Positions 31,953 to 44,400 of a DNA stretch of 64,000 bases are shown piece after piece; the first letter of the stretch is position 1; each line of letters starts with the position of its first letter. The notes beneath the pieces are model-generated. The model did not search any database. It saw only the letters and a program-made list of their open reading frames with translations, and was not told the DNA's origin. The position numbers and the translations under genes are program-made. The DNA comes from Nitrospirota bacterium (lineage in GTDB: Bacteria > Nitrospirota > JACRHJ01), in NCBI GenBank assembly GCA_963733375.1, contig CAVTDB010000008.1:32001-96000 (forward strand), written 5' to 3'.

Positions 31953-33418
31953 CTAAAATTGAATCGTCCCTTCCGCGTCGCCCATATCGAATACCGGGAG
32001 CTTCGGCGCGCTCCTTGCCCAAAAGCTCGTCGATAAGCGACTGAGGCGCACTCCTGTAACGCATCTCCACGTGAATGAAAGCGGCCCTTTCGTGCCCTGG
32101 GGTATCTCGAAGACAAACTCCTCCACGTCATAACCCAGCGGCGCTATCCTGTGGTCGTACAGGCAAAGTCGTCGCCTCCGGCAGGAAAAGCGTGGGTTTT
32201 ATCTCTTTCCCGCCCTTACCCAGAATGGATTTATAAATTACCGCGCCCGGCTTGATGTTACCCTTTTCTCAAGGTCTCCGGAGCGGAATATGACATGCCC
32301 TTCCGAGTCCTTGACCGTCACGTCCAGCCACATCTCACGCACGAATGTAAGCCCCGTGGGGAGGTAATGCCCGGCGCCGGAGTTCGTGACCTTTATAGGC
32401 ATACGGTACAGAGTGCCGGGTTTTGGTTTTTCCGACCCTATAAACTCCACCGTAACGGCGTGTTTAAGCCGGTCCTCAGCCATGCGCGCTTGCGGGTGAT
32501 GACCCAAAAGCGCCGTGACGGCTAAATTCCCGCCTACGAAATAGTGCTGCCAGATGTGCGGCCTTTTCTTGCCGCCCATCTCCTCGGGCGCGGCGAAGCC
32601 CGGCACGTCAGGTCTTATGGTGCTGCCGGTTGAAGGGTACTGTGGTGTCTGGCGCATATGGCAGTCCTGGCAGGTGACGGTGGTGGCGGGGTCGCCGGTG
32701 TTATATGGTCCGGTGCGCCACTCGGAATAGGTGTTCTCGATGGACATTTTATTGTGCGCGTGGTTAACGTCGTGGCACATCCCACATAGCTCGGAACGGG
32801 TATGGAGTTCGGAGAACTTTGTCTTGTGAAATGGCGAGACCGAGTCCTTGAACGGGCCGTATTTGATCCCGGATTCTTCTTCCGCGGCGTTCCCGGGTTC
32901 CAGGAGATAAGCCCCGTTGCCTATCCCGGCGGAGCTTTTGACCGAGTGGCAGAAATCGCAGAATACTCCATCGCCCTCCACGCCGGAAAGGATTTTCGTG
33001 TAGCGGGCAAGGTCGTTGGCGACGTAGCCCGCGGGCGTGTGACAGCGCGAGCACATGGCAACCTCCGACTTTTCACCATCATCCGTGGCCCCCTTTACAT
33101 ATGTCATATACACGGCCTGGAATACCGGGTCTATCCACGCGGACGCCATCATAGAGCCGTTCCATTGCTGGAAGATGTCCGCGTGGCATCCGGCGCAGAC
33201 CTGGGGCTCGTGGAAGGAACCCGATTTGTGCGACCCCGGCATGTCCGGGACGTCCAGAGCATGTTCGATGGCGCGGTAACCTTCGGGAGCACCCATATCG
33301 GGGACGCCTTACCGTGTTGCCACTTCGCCCACACGGAATAATCCTCGGCAAAGGCCGGCGAAAAGGCGGAGAGAACACCTATAAGAGCAAATAACATGGA
33401 CAACCGAATGTTCTTCAT
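31953..33418 (-). CDS. exported multiheme cytochrome c (frameshifts near both ends)
   Basis: Signal peptide; five CxxCH motifs (CAGCH, CSRCH, CDFCH, CGMCH, CQDCH); GAGHYLPTG. Confidence 0.88.
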
Positions 33419-33735
33419 TTGCACCTCCTGGGCCGGTTTATTATCAGTATAATAAATTTTTTGATTAATTTCAGAGATGCCGATACAAACATCAGCGCGC
33501 GGATCGTCGAACCTTCGGCGTGAAGGGATCTGGCCGGGGAAACAGGAACAATGGTTTTCAAGTTAAGTCCTTTATTCAATGAGATTCGATGCTTGCCAAA
33601 AAATAATTTTTTTGTTATAGTGTGACTAAGACTCAAGTTTTTACCACCCAAGAAGTTCTGATTTCATCAAGTACTATTTCTGATTGCAACGCCTAAAAGA
33701 TCAAGCGCTTTAATACTTTAATATCAGGAACAATA

Positions 33736-34239
33736 ATGGCTACCGTCCAGATTGGTATGCAATCCATGTAGGTCCAGACAAGAATTTATTGTCTTCGCCG
33801 AACTGAGTCTCAAAGGGATAGAGGCCTTTCTGCCTTCCGTGACCAAAGTACGTCAATGGAAGGATAGAAAAAAACAGGTCAGATTCGCCCTATTCCCCGG
33901 ATATTGTTTTGTCCGTACAGCGCTGCATCAGAATGAATACCGGACGATACTGAAAATAAGAGGGGTCGTTACTTTTGTATGTCTGGAGAAAAACAACCCG
34001 CTCCCGGTGCCGTCGGAAGAGATACTCTCCTTAAAAGGCATGATTGATAGCGGCGCGGAAACTTTAATCTATCCGGGCCTTGAATTAGGGGCAAGGGTTA
34101 TAGTAACGAGAAGTTGTTCTCCGCGATGTGGAAGGGACTGGTAAAGAAAGAAAACGTTGACCTGTTCGTCATCAATATAGGCATTCTCGGCAGAAGCGCG
34201 GGTGTAAGGATTTCTGCCGAGGATATTGAGGCTTGCTGA
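33736..34239 (+). CDS. NusG paralog antiterminator (UpxY/LoaP-like; frameshifted)
   Basis: WYAIH..RSRQE, EAFLP..RQWKDRKK..LFPGY; heads the polysaccharide cluster. Confidence 0.8.
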
Positions 34240-34372
34240 AGCTGCACCGTGATCTACCAGTACGCGAATAACGCAATAATAAACAAGAAATTTGCCTTCT
34301 CGGTCACATGTATATGCCATATGCACATGTAACCGAGGGGGGCGAAGCCTGAAAAAAGGAGGCAATCTTTCC

Positions 34373-35437
34373 ATGTTTCACGGCAAAAACGATTTCTTAA
34401 ATATGCTCTGCCTGGAGAGGAAAAGGACGGAGCGCTCGCGCAGGCAGTTTTGTCTGATGCTCCTTAACCTGGAGAGGTTTCGTCAATTGACTGAAAGGCG
34501 TCAGGTAGCGAAGAAGATAAAGCATTTGCTTGAATCTTTCACGAGGGAGGTCGATATCAAGGGCTGGTACGATTCCGACTCCGTCGCAGGCGTCATCTTT
34601 ACCGAGACTGACCGGACCCGCGCGCAGTACATCGAACATAAGCTGCGCCAGAACATGGAGAAAGTCCTTCATAAAGAAAAGTCGGATAATGTCATAATTT
34701 CAATCCATGTCTTTCCCGACGAAGAACGCGGGCACAAATCGGACGATGCATCGGACTTAATGCTCTATCCGGACCTGGTAAAGCAAAATCCCCGTCAGGC
34801 GTCGCATCTGCTAAAACGGATAATAGATGTTGCCGGCAGCGTAATCGGTCTGGCCGTCCTCTCGCCTTTTTTTCTTATAATTTCTCTTCTCGTCAAGGTT
34901 TCTTCAAAAGGGCCGGTCTTCTTCAGACAGGAGAGGATAGGCCGGTGCGGGAAAAAATTCGTTTTCATCAAGTTCAGGACGATGCTTACGGATAATGACC
35001 CGGGCATACACAAAAAGTTCGTGACGGATTTTATCTGCGACCGGGACGGCTGCCATGCACAAGATGGGGAAGGGCAAAAAATTTACAAAATAAAAAGGGA
35101 CCCCAGGGTCACGCCGCTCGGGCGGGTCCTCAGGAAAGCCAGCATAGATGAACTCCCCCAACTCTACAACGTCCTGAAAGGGGAGATGTCGCTCGTGGGG
35201 CCCAGGCCGCCTATCCCGTATGAGTTCGACGCATATGATGTCTGGCACAAACGGCGCGTAATGGAGATAAAACCGGGGATTACGGGCTTATGGCAAGTCG
35301 GCGGACGGAGCAGGACCACCTTCGATGAAATGGTGCGGCTTGATATCCAGTACCTGAAGGAGTGGTCGATATGGTTGGATATCAAGATACTACTAAAGAC
35401 GCCCCTGGCGGTGATGTTTGCCGGGGGGGCATATTAG
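34373..35437 (+). CDS. priming sugar transferase (polyprenyl glycosylphosphotransferase)
   Basis: KRIIDV, FIKFRTM, DPRVT, DELPQL, MSLVGPRP and KPGITGLWQV. Confidence 0.92.
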   Translation: MFHGKNDFLNMLCLERKRTERSRRQFCLMLLNLERFRQLTERRQVAKKIKHLLESFTREVDIKGWYDSDSVAGVIFTETDRTRAQYIEHKLRQNMEKVLHKEKSDNVIISIHVFPDEERGHKSDDASDLMLYPDLVKQNPRQASHLLKRIIDVAGSVIGLAVLSPFFLIISLLVKVSSKGPVFFRQERIGRCGKKFVFIKFRTMLTDNDPGIHKKFVTDFICDRDGCHAQDGEGQKIYKIKRDPRVTPLGRVLRKASIDELPQLYNVLKGEMSLVGPRPPIPYEFDAYDVWHKRRVMEIKPGITGLWQVGGRSRTTFDEMVRLDIQYLKEWSIWLDIKILLKTPLAVMFAGGAY

Positions 35438-35475
35438 GATTTGAACGGTTGATTAAGCCGATGGGAGGAAAGTCT

Positions 35476-36474
35476 ATGGTTAATATCGGCGTGATAGGTT
35501 ACGGATACTGGGGCCCGAACATCGTCAGGAATTTTAACGGCGCCGAGGGCGCCAGGGTTGTCTCTATCTGCGACAAGAGCCAGGCCGCGCTTAACCGCGC
35601 CGGGAAAATGTACCCGGGCATTGACATAACGCGGGAGTACCTTGAAATCCTGGCTTCGAAGAATATCGACGCCGTCGCGATAATCACTCCGGTCTCGACG
35701 CATTTCGCGCTGGCCAAGACGGCTTTAGAAAACGGGAAAAATATATTTGTCGAAAAGCCGTTTACCGCGACGGCGGCGCAGGCCGACGAACTGATAGACC
35801 TGGCTGAAAAAAAGGGCCTCAAGATAATGGTGGACCATACGTTCATCTTTACGGACGCCGTGCGAAAGATCAAAGATATCACGGATGAAAATAAACTGGG
35901 CGTCCTTTACTATTACGATTCGACGAGGGTCAACCTGGGGCTCTTCCAGGATGACGTGAACGTCATCTGGGCCTTGCGCCCCATGATTTCGCGATAATGG
36001 ATTATCTGGTCAAGGAGAAACCATCCGCCGTATCGGCGTCCGGCAAGGCGCATGTCAACGGCAGGGAAGATACCGCCTACGTTACCGTCTATTTCACGAA
36101 CAACATGATAGCGCACTTCAACGTCAACTGGCTGTCGCCCGTAAAGCTTCACCGTCCTCATCGGCGGAGAGAAGAGGATGCTGGTCTGGAACGACCTGGA
36201 AGCGGACGAGAAGATAAAAATTTACGACAAGGGGGTCGAGGTCAAGACTAAGGAAGGGATATACGAGAGACTGGTAAGCTACCGGTCGGGGGATATTTCG
36301 GTGCCGAGGATAAATCAGGTAGAAGCGCTCAAGGTGGAGACGGAATATTTTATCGAATGCATAAACTGCGACAAGACCCCCATAAACGACGGACATTCAG
36401 GCCTCCGAGTCGTGAAGCTGCTCGAGGCGTGCGATCAATCCTTGAAAAGTAACGGGGCCATGGTGAATATATGA
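35476..36474 (+). CDS. Gfo/Idh/MocA oxidoreductase (frameshifted)
   Basis: GVIGYGYWGPN and FVEKP. Confidence 0.88.
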
Positions 36475-36956
36475 AGTACCTGTCCATAGAAAAAGATGTC
36501 CACATAGGGAAGGACGTAAAGCTCGCGGAGTTTATCAATCTGTACGGATGTTTTATCGATGACAACACCAGGATAGGGGCCTTCGTGGAGATACAGAAAA
36601 ACGCGAGGGTAGGCAAAAACTGCAAGATTTCAAGCCATAGCTTCATCTGTGAAGGCGTCACCATTGAAGACGGCGTCTTCGTGGGCCATAACGTAACCTT
36701 CATCAACGACAAGTTTCCCCGTGCGACAAATCAGGCCGGCGGGTTAAAGAGCGAAGCCGATTGGAAGGTGGAGCCCACGCTTGTAAAGAAAGGCGCGTCG
36801 ATAGGTTCGGGCGCGACGATTCTCGGCAATCTGGTCATCGGAGAGAACGCTATTGTCGGAGCAGGCAGCACCGTTACCAGTGACGTCCCGCCTCATTCCA
36901 TAGTGGCCGGTAATCCGGCCAGATACATAAGGAAAATAAACCATGAACAGCAATGA
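36471..36956 (+). CDS. hexapeptide-repeat N-acetyltransferase
   Basis: Left-handed beta-helix repeats; GNPAR. Confidence 0.9.
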   Translation: MKYLSIEKDVHIGKDVKLAEFINLYGCFIDDNTRIGAFVEIQKNARVGKNCKISSHSFICEGVTIEDGVFVGHNVTFINDKFPRATNQAGGLKSEADWKVEPTLVKKGASIGSGATILGNLVIGENAIVGAGSTVTSDVPPHSIVAGNPARYIRKINHEQQ

Positions 36957-38139
36957 AAAGATCCCATTTCTGAACCTTGTCACTCCCCATCTGGAGCTTG
37001 AGGAAGAGCTGGTGGACGTTTTCCGTAACGCCATAAGGACGGGAAGGTTCATCGGCGGAAACGAGGTGGAGGAGTTCGAGGGGGAGTTCGCACTGCACTG
37101 CGACGCGGAATACTGCGTCGGAGTCGGCAGCGGGACGGATGCGCTGAGGTTCGCTTTGATAGCGGCTGGCGTCAGGCAGGGAGAGATGGTAATTACCGTG
37201 CCCAACACCTTTATTGCGACTACCGAAGCCATCACTCAGGTCGGCGCGACAATAGCTTTCGTCGATATAGATGAGCGCACATACAACATGGCCCCGGCCA
37301 GGCTCAGGGATTACCTGGAAACCAGGTGCAAAAAGGATAGTGCCTCGGGCCGTCCCGTAAACGTTGAGACTGGAAGAGTTGTCTCGGCGGTAATACCCGT
37401 CCATCTCTACGGTCAGATGGCCGATATGGAACCGATAATGGAGATTGCGGAGCAGTACAAACTGATAGTAATCGAGGATGCATGCCAGGCGCACGGCGCT
37501 CAATATTTTTCGCGGAAAGAGGGCTGCTGGAAAAAGGCAGGGTCTATCGGGCACGCCGCCGCCTTCAGTTTTTATCCGGGTAAAAATCTCGGCGCCTGCG
37601 GCGAAGGCGGGGCGGTAACAACAAGATATCAGGATATCGCCCGGCAGGTCGGCATGCTCAGGGACCACGGCCAGAGCAAAAAATATTATCACGATATCGA
37701 GGGCTATAACGGCCGTCTGGACGCCATTCAGGCCGGCATCCTGCGGCGCAAGCTGATACATCTCCCGACATGGAATGAGAGCCGCCGGCAGGCCGCTGGC
37801 AGGTACGACGAACTCCTTAAAAATATCGACGGTGTCGTAGTCCCGCATCAGCCGGACTGGGCAATGTGCGTTTACCACCTCTACGTTATCCGCATCGAGG
37901 AACGCGACGGCCTCAGGCGGCATCTCGCGGATAACTCCATAGATACGGGGCTCCATTATCCCGTGCCGCTGCACCTCCAGGATGCGTATGCCTATCTCGG
38001 CTATAAAGAAAATGATTTTCCCATATCGGAGAAAATTGCCGGCGAGATGCTTTCCATCCCCATGTATCCGGAACTCACGTCGTCTCAGCAGCAATGCGTG
38101 GCGGAAGGCATAAGGCGGTTTATATGTCAGACGGTATAG
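36943..38139 (+). CDS. DegT/DnrJ/EryC1 sugar aminotransferase
   Basis: SGTDAL, PVHLYGQ, IEDACQAHG and FSFYPGKNLGA. Confidence 0.93.
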   Translation: MNSNEKIPFLNLVTPHLELEEELVDVFRNAIRTGRFIGGNEVEEFEGEFALHCDAEYCVGVGSGTDALRFALIAAGVRQGEMVITVPNTFIATTEAITQVGATIAFVDIDERTYNMAPARLRDYLETRCKKDSASGRPVNVETGRVVSAVIPVHLYGQMADMEPIMEIAEQYKLIVIEDACQAHGAQYFSRKEGCWKKAGSIGHAAAFSFYPGKNLGACGEGGAVTTRYQDIARQVGMLRDHGQSKKYYHDIEGYNGRLDAIQAGILRRKLIHLPTWNESRRQAAGRYDELLKNIDGVVVPHQPDWAMCVYHLYVIRIEERDGLRRHLADNSIDTGLHYPVPLHLQDAYAYLGYKENDFPISEKIAGEMLSIPMYPELTSSQQQCVAEGIRRFICQTV

Positions 38140-39162
38140 AGATTATAAACCCGTTGTCCTGTCCCGGCTGGGATGACCTGGTCATCGCTTCCGGCAAGGG
38201 CACGTTCTTCCACTCGTCGAACTGGGCGAGGGCCTGCATGAGTCTTACGGATACAAACCGGTCTACTTTGCTTTTCCTGATGACGAAGGGCATAAGGCGT
38301 TGGTGCCATTCATGGAAGTAAAAAGCCGCATCACGGGCAAGAGGGGAGTTTCACTACCCTTTACCGATTATTGCGAGCCGATTATACCCGACGGCTGCAC
38401 GATCGGCGACGTCACGGCACGCATCGTCCGGTTCGGTAAGAGCGCCGGCTGGCGATATATCGAACTGAGGAGCGGCGGCGGCATGCCTCCCTGGGTCCCG
38501 CCTTCGTCTTTTTACTACGGCCACGTGCTGGATATCTCCAAGGACGAGAAGACGTTATTCTCCTCTTTTCACAAGAGCGTGCGAAGGAATATAAAAAAGG
38601 CGGAAAAGGAAGGCGTAAAAGTCTCCGTATGCAGTTCACTGGAGTCCATAAGGAAGTTCTACCGGTTAAACTGCATGACCAGAAAGTTGCACGGCCTTCC
38701 TCCGCAACCGTACCGGTTCTTCGAAAAGGTATATGAGCACGCCGTCTCGAAAGGGCATGGCGTGGTCGTGCTTGCTGATTACAACGGCAAGACTATAGCC
38801 GGCAACGTGTATTTTCATTTCGGCGACAAGGCAATGTATAAGTACGGGGCTTCCGACAGGGAGCACCTGCATTTAAGGGCAAACAACCTGGTCATGTGGG
38901 AAGCTATAAGGCACTATGCAAAAAATGGCTTCAGGAGTTTCTGTTTCGGCAAGGCCAACCTGAAAACAGCGGGCTATTACAGTTCAAGAGGGGCTGGGGC
39001 GGTCATGAACAGGTCGTTAATTACTATAAGTACGACTTAAAGCAAGGCTCCTATGTCACGGAAACTTCGAAACTCCGTGGCTTTCATAACAAAGTTTTCG
39101 CAAACATGCCCGTTCCATTCCTCCGGCTCACTGGTTATCTTTTATACAAGCATATGGGATGA
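38124..39162 (+). CDS. FemAB-like GNAT protein (frameshifted)
   Basis: VSLPFTDYC, RRNIKKA, NNLVMWEAI and GLLQFKRGWG. Confidence 0.8.
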
Positions 39163-39229
39163 TGCTATAAATGGCAGGATTTCGTGCGGGAAATATAGGT
39201 GAACGTTCAAGTGGAATTACCAGTTGAAA

Positions 39230-40298
39230 ATGTGTAACTCATCGAATTACAGCATCGCGGAAATCGACCCTCTTGTCGATGAGCGATGGGACTATTGTAG
39301 AGAACCATCCCTTCGGGTGGATCTGCCACCACTCCGGGTGGAAAAAGGCCTCGAAAGGAGTTTCCGTCATCTGGTAGCCCACTATTTCGTCATTCTCCGG
39401 GGAGGCAGAATTCAGGCGGGATTGCCGGTTTACGAGGTCAGGAGCTGGCTCACGGGCAACCGGCTGGTGAGTATCCCATTTGCCACGATCTCGACCCGCT
39501 CATTTCATCCGATGAAGACCTGGCGGCGCTTATAAGCGCCGCAATAGAGCTCTCCCGTGAGCGGAATATAGACACGATAGAAATACACCTCAAATCATCT
39601 TCCTTCTTCAGTAAAACCGCTTTGGGCGCTGCGGAGTGCCATAAGCCCACTACCTGCCCCTCGGCAGGCCGCCCGAAGAGCTGCTTAAGACCTTTCACCG
39701 TTCATGCGTAAGGCAGCGTATCACGCGGGCGGCGAAGAGCGGTATCGAAGTGATGGAAGGAAAGACCAAATGGCCTCCGGGACTTCTACAGGCTTTATGT
39801 GCTGAGCCGTAAAAGGCTTGCCCTGCCTCCCCAGCCCTACGCCTTTATCGAGTCGCTCTACAAAGTTTTTTATCCGCAGGGCGGAGCCTCTCTTCTCATC
39901 GGGAAAAAGGAAGGAAATCCTATCGCGGCGCTCCTCCTTTTGAAGTTCAAGGGACGGGTATCGGCGGAGTTCGCGGTCTACGATGCGGCATATCTGAATA
40001 TCAGCCCGATCCACCTTCTTTTCTGGGAAGCAATAAAATTGGCCGCCGCCGAAGGGTTCAGTACATTTGACTTTGGCAGCGACCTCTCCGTTTAATCGGA
40101 CCTGATGGATTTCAAGGACAGATGGGGACGATGGTGGCCGACATGCCGGAGTTCCATTATCCTTCCCGGGATGCGTCGGGAAAAGATGCCGTCAGGGAAA
40201 AAAAATTCAGCTACCGGTTTATGCGGAAGACTTGCGAAAAGGCTCCGGCCTTCGCGCTTCCCTATATCGGAAATTTCTGCTACCGCCACCTGGGGTAG
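39230..40298 (+). CDS. second FemAB-like GNAT protein (many frameshifts)
   Basis: LTGNRLVSIPF, LPPQP, HLLFWEAI and FKDRWG. Confidence 0.72.
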
Positions 40299-40330
40299 AT
40301 ATCGTTCCCACTATGAGGCTATCGGGTCAT

Positions 40331-41000
40331 ATGAGGCTATCGGGTAAAGTTGCCCTTATAACCGGCGGAAGCCGCGGGATTGGGAAAGAGATCGCCGGCA
40401 TGCTCGCGCGCGAAGGGTCTGAAGTCGTGATTTGCGCGAGGAATGCCGGTGAACTGCGGGAAACCGCATCGCCATCGCGCGCGCGGGCGGGAAATGCATA
40501 TTCAGGGAAACCGACGTAACCGAAGAGGAGCAGGTAAATGCCCTCGTGCGGAATATTTTCGTCCTTATGACGGCTCGATATTGGTGAATAACGCGGGTGT
40601 CGGAATCTATAAACCTCTGGTGGAGTCGAGCACGGAAGACTGGGAAAAGGTAATGAATACAAACCTCAAAGGAGCCTTTTATTGCGCCAGGGCTTCCGCC
40701 TCGGTAATGATGGCGCAGCGGAGCGGAATAATCGTCAATGTCGCTTCGGGCGCCGGAAAGGAAGGCTTCGCGAACTTGTCAATTTACTGCGCTTCCAAGT
40801 TTGGACTTCTGGGACTGAATTCGCTGAGCAAGGAATTAAGACGGTACGGAATCGTGCTTGCCGTTACCCGGATATACGCGCACGGACTTCTTTAAAACGT
40901 TCCCGGCATCGTTCAGGATGCGGAGCAGTGCCCAGGAGCCGTGCGAAGTAGCGCGTCAAGTGATAAATAAGAAGTGCTTCTGGAAAGATTACCGCGAAGG
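40331..41000 (+). CDS. SDR oxidoreductase (frameshifted, end approximate)
   Basis: TGGSRGIG, NNAG and YCASK. Confidence 0.75.
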
Positions 41001-41024
41001 TTGTGCGAATTGCCAAGGAGAAAA

Positions 41025-42195
41025 TATGGACATGAAGATGAACGTTTCCTTTATTGGCTGCTGGTATAGAGGCGACATGTACTCGCATCATTTCATGAGC
41101 TTGATCCGGGGGATCGACCGGATGACGGACTTAATGTCAAGCTGATTACATCTAACTGCAATTGCTTTTCGAGTGCGCAAAGATTCGAAATCGCCCTGAT
41201 GAGTTGTTAAACGATAAATGTAAGGTTGTTAAATTACCCTACGCGCCGCTTGAGCCCAACAAAAAATATGGGCTCCTTAAATACAACCTCGTGAAGCATT
41301 CAAGGCTGAATTATTTCCTCGATATGACGCGTGGAGTGTTTTTCTTTCACAGGGCAGGGATCGGATATCATACACTTTGACCAGGTGCTCCGGGCGTTTG
41401 GGATATTATCGTTCACCACGCTGTTGGCATGCTCAAAATTGTTCGGCAAGAAGGTCGTGGTTACCGTGCATGAACTGCCCCTCTCCAGGAGAGATATAAA
41501 AGCCTGTCGAAGTTCTATAATCTTGCCGATAAGGTACTTGTCTTCTCTGAAGGTTTCAGGGATGAACTGAAAGGCCTGGGAGTCAGGGGGGGAAAGATTG
41601 AAATAGTGCCCTTTGCCGTATCCCTGGAGCCGATAAAAGATTACAAGAGAGAGGGCTTTATCTTTTTCGGCGGCCATAAGCTGCTTAAGGGAAAAGGCTT
41701 CGATAACCTTCTCTACGCATTGAAGATTGTGAAATCCAAGGGAAGAAAGACCCCGTCGTCATCTATACCGGCAAGGGGTGCAGCGGCCTTGAAGATGGAA
41801 AACAAAGAGTTGCAGATGAAGGCTTGGAGGAATTCATTTCATGGCGTGATTTCCTGTGGGGCCCGATGCTCTGCGAAGCTTATCAAGAACGTAGGATGCC
41901 TCATCCCGTTTACCGGCGGTTCTGGGAGACATCCGGCGACTTCCGCGATGGCTAACGCGACACCGGTAATCGCGACGAAAAAGCCGCTCTCCCCGAATAT
42001 CTCGGCGACCTTGGCATCTTCATTGGCGAGGGGTCGGCGGAGGAGTTGGCGGATGCGATGATGCATCTCCTCGACCACCCTGAGGCCGCCATGTCATCCG
42101 GGACGAAACTCAGGGAGAGGGCGGAAAAGTTTTTCAGCGCGGAGACGATAACCCAACGGCTCGTAGCCATCTACCGAAGGGTTAAAATTCGTGAC
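41025..42195 (+). CDS. GT4-like glycosyltransferase (many frameshifts, ends approximate)
   Basis: VVVTVHE, KGFDNLLYA, AMANATPVIAT and LADAMMHLL fragments. Confidence 0.6.
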
Positions 42196-42241
42196 CGACG
42201 CGCCGCTCGCCTATGGATGCCTTTGCTTGTGAGGATGACCG

Positions 42242-43228
42242 ATGTTGATGGAACAGAAGAATCGGCGTTTAGCACTGAACAGCCTGTACTATATATTCAA
42301 GCCCTTTTTCCCGCGGCGTCTCCAGCTGTTAATCAGGCGTAAGGTCGTTCAGTTCCAGTCGAAAAAATACGCCGATATATGGCCGATTGATGAGAATTCC
42401 GCCAGAGTTCCCGACGGATGGCGTGGTTGGCCGTCGGGGAAAAAGTTTGCTTTGGCGTCACGCATGATGTCGAATCCTGGAGAGGACAGGAGAGGTGTCG
42501 GAAGTCATGAAGCTGGAAGAAAGTCTTGGCTTCAGGTCGTCATTCAATTTTGTCCCGCGTCGCTACGCGGTTTCTCCATCGCTTCGCAAATCTCTGGTGG
42601 AAAGAGGTTTCGAAGTTGGAGTGCATGGCCTGTACCATGATGGGAAATATTATCTGGCAAGAAATACCTTCGCGGAGAGAGCAAAAAAGATAAACCATTA
42701 TCTCAGGGAATGGAACAGCGTCGGATACCGCGCCCCCGCGATGTTCAATAAGCTGGAATGGTTCCACGACTTAGATATTGAATACGACTCTTCTACCTTC
42801 GATACAGACCCGTTCGAGCCGAATGCAAAAGGAGTCGGGACGGTCTTTCCATATTTTTGTAAAATACGAGAATACAAAAAAAGCATTCGTTGAACTACCA
42901 TATACCCTTGTGCAGGATTTTACTCTGTTCGTCCTCATGCGTAAGGGCGATATAGATATCTGGAAGAGGAAGCTGGACTGGGTGGCAAAGCATGGCGGAG
43001 TCGCGTCATAAACACGCATCCCGACTACATGAAGTTGGATCGGGAGACATGCGGGAATGAACAATATCCGGCTGAGCGCTACTCTGAGTTTCTGGAATAT
43101 GTAACTGATCGTTACAAGGGCGAATACTGGGATTCCTGCCCAGAAACATCGCGAGGTTCTGGTCGGAAAAATATGGGGGTAAACAGTATCGATTGAAAGA
43201 ATATATATCCAATCCGGGCGTTTCATGA
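42242..43228 (+). CDS. polysaccharide deacetylase-like protein (frameshifted)
   Basis: THDVE, SSFNFVP, EVGVHG, YDSSTFDTDPFEP, ELPYTL and HPDY. Confidence 0.72.
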
Positions 43229-44400
43229 AAATCTGCATGCTCGCATACACATTCTATGAGAGCGACAACCGTGTGCGCAGGTACGCCGAAGCTCTTTCGG
43301 GGAGGGGAGACAGCGTAGAGGTCATATCACTGCGTCGCGAGAGGCAGCCCGCCGAAGGCGTCCTGAACGGTGTCAAAATATTCAGGATTCAGAAGAGAGT
43401 GGTAAACGAGCGCGGAAAGCTCCTCCACCTCTTAAGGCACCTGTTATTCTTCGTTAAGTCATCCATATTCCTTATGAAGAAAAGCATCATGTCCCGTTAC
43501 GACGTTATTCACGTCCATAATATTCCAGATTTTGAGGTCTTTGCGGCCTGGCTCCCAAAGTGCCTGGGCGCCAGAATTATCCTTGACCTCCATGAGATGG
43601 TCCCTGAATTCTACGCCAACAAGTTCAACGTGGGAGAAGAATCGATTATATTCAGAACGCTGAAATTCATAGAAAAGGCCTCCGTGCGTTTTGCCGACCA
43701 CGTAATCATCGTGAACCATTTATTGGAGAAAAGACTGGTTTCACGCTCAGTCAAACAGGAAAAATGCAACACGTTCATCAATTACCCTGAAGGCGCACTT
43801 TTTAATACTGCGTACGAAAAACCGAAGAGCAGCCGATTCGTCATGATCTACCCGGGTTCTCTCAACAGGCATCAGGGACTCGATATCGCCGTGAAAGGCT
43901 TTTACCACGTCAAGGACAGGCTTCCGGACGCGGAGTTTCATATCTACGGGGAGGGCGGCGCGCAGCCTGAATTGCAAACCTTGATTCGGGAGCTCAATCT
44001 CGGCTCAAGAGTGTTTCTGCAAGGGGACCCTCCCGTTTAGCGAAATGGTCCGCGTTATGGCAAGGGCAGACTTTGGTATGTGCCTAAAAGGGCTGATTCC
44101 TACGGAAACGAGGCGTTTAGTACGAAGATATTTGAGTTTATGGCCCTTCGCGTACCTGTACTCGTATCCGATACGCGAATAGACAAGTATTACTTCAGCG
44201 ATTCAAATATAAGATTTTTCAAATCCGGCGATGAGAAAAACCTGGCGGACGCAATGTTCCACCTCGCGAAAAATCCGGAGATAAGGAAGCGAATGGCGGA
44301 GAACGGATACCGTCATGCGGCTGCAAACAGCTGGGAAGTGAAGAAGCATGATTACTTGTCTCTCGTCGACAGGCTGACTGGACAAGGGCAGGTCAGATGA
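43225..44400 (+). CDS. GT4 glycosyltransferase (frameshift near 44040)
   Basis: DNRVRRYA, HVHNIPD, DLHE and STKIFEFMA. Confidence 0.85.

Noticed and set aside
36874-38094. Long antisense ORFs (also 7234-8103, 9325-10281, 15418-16518)
   Set aside because: Shadow frames of well-supported genes, with no motifs of their own
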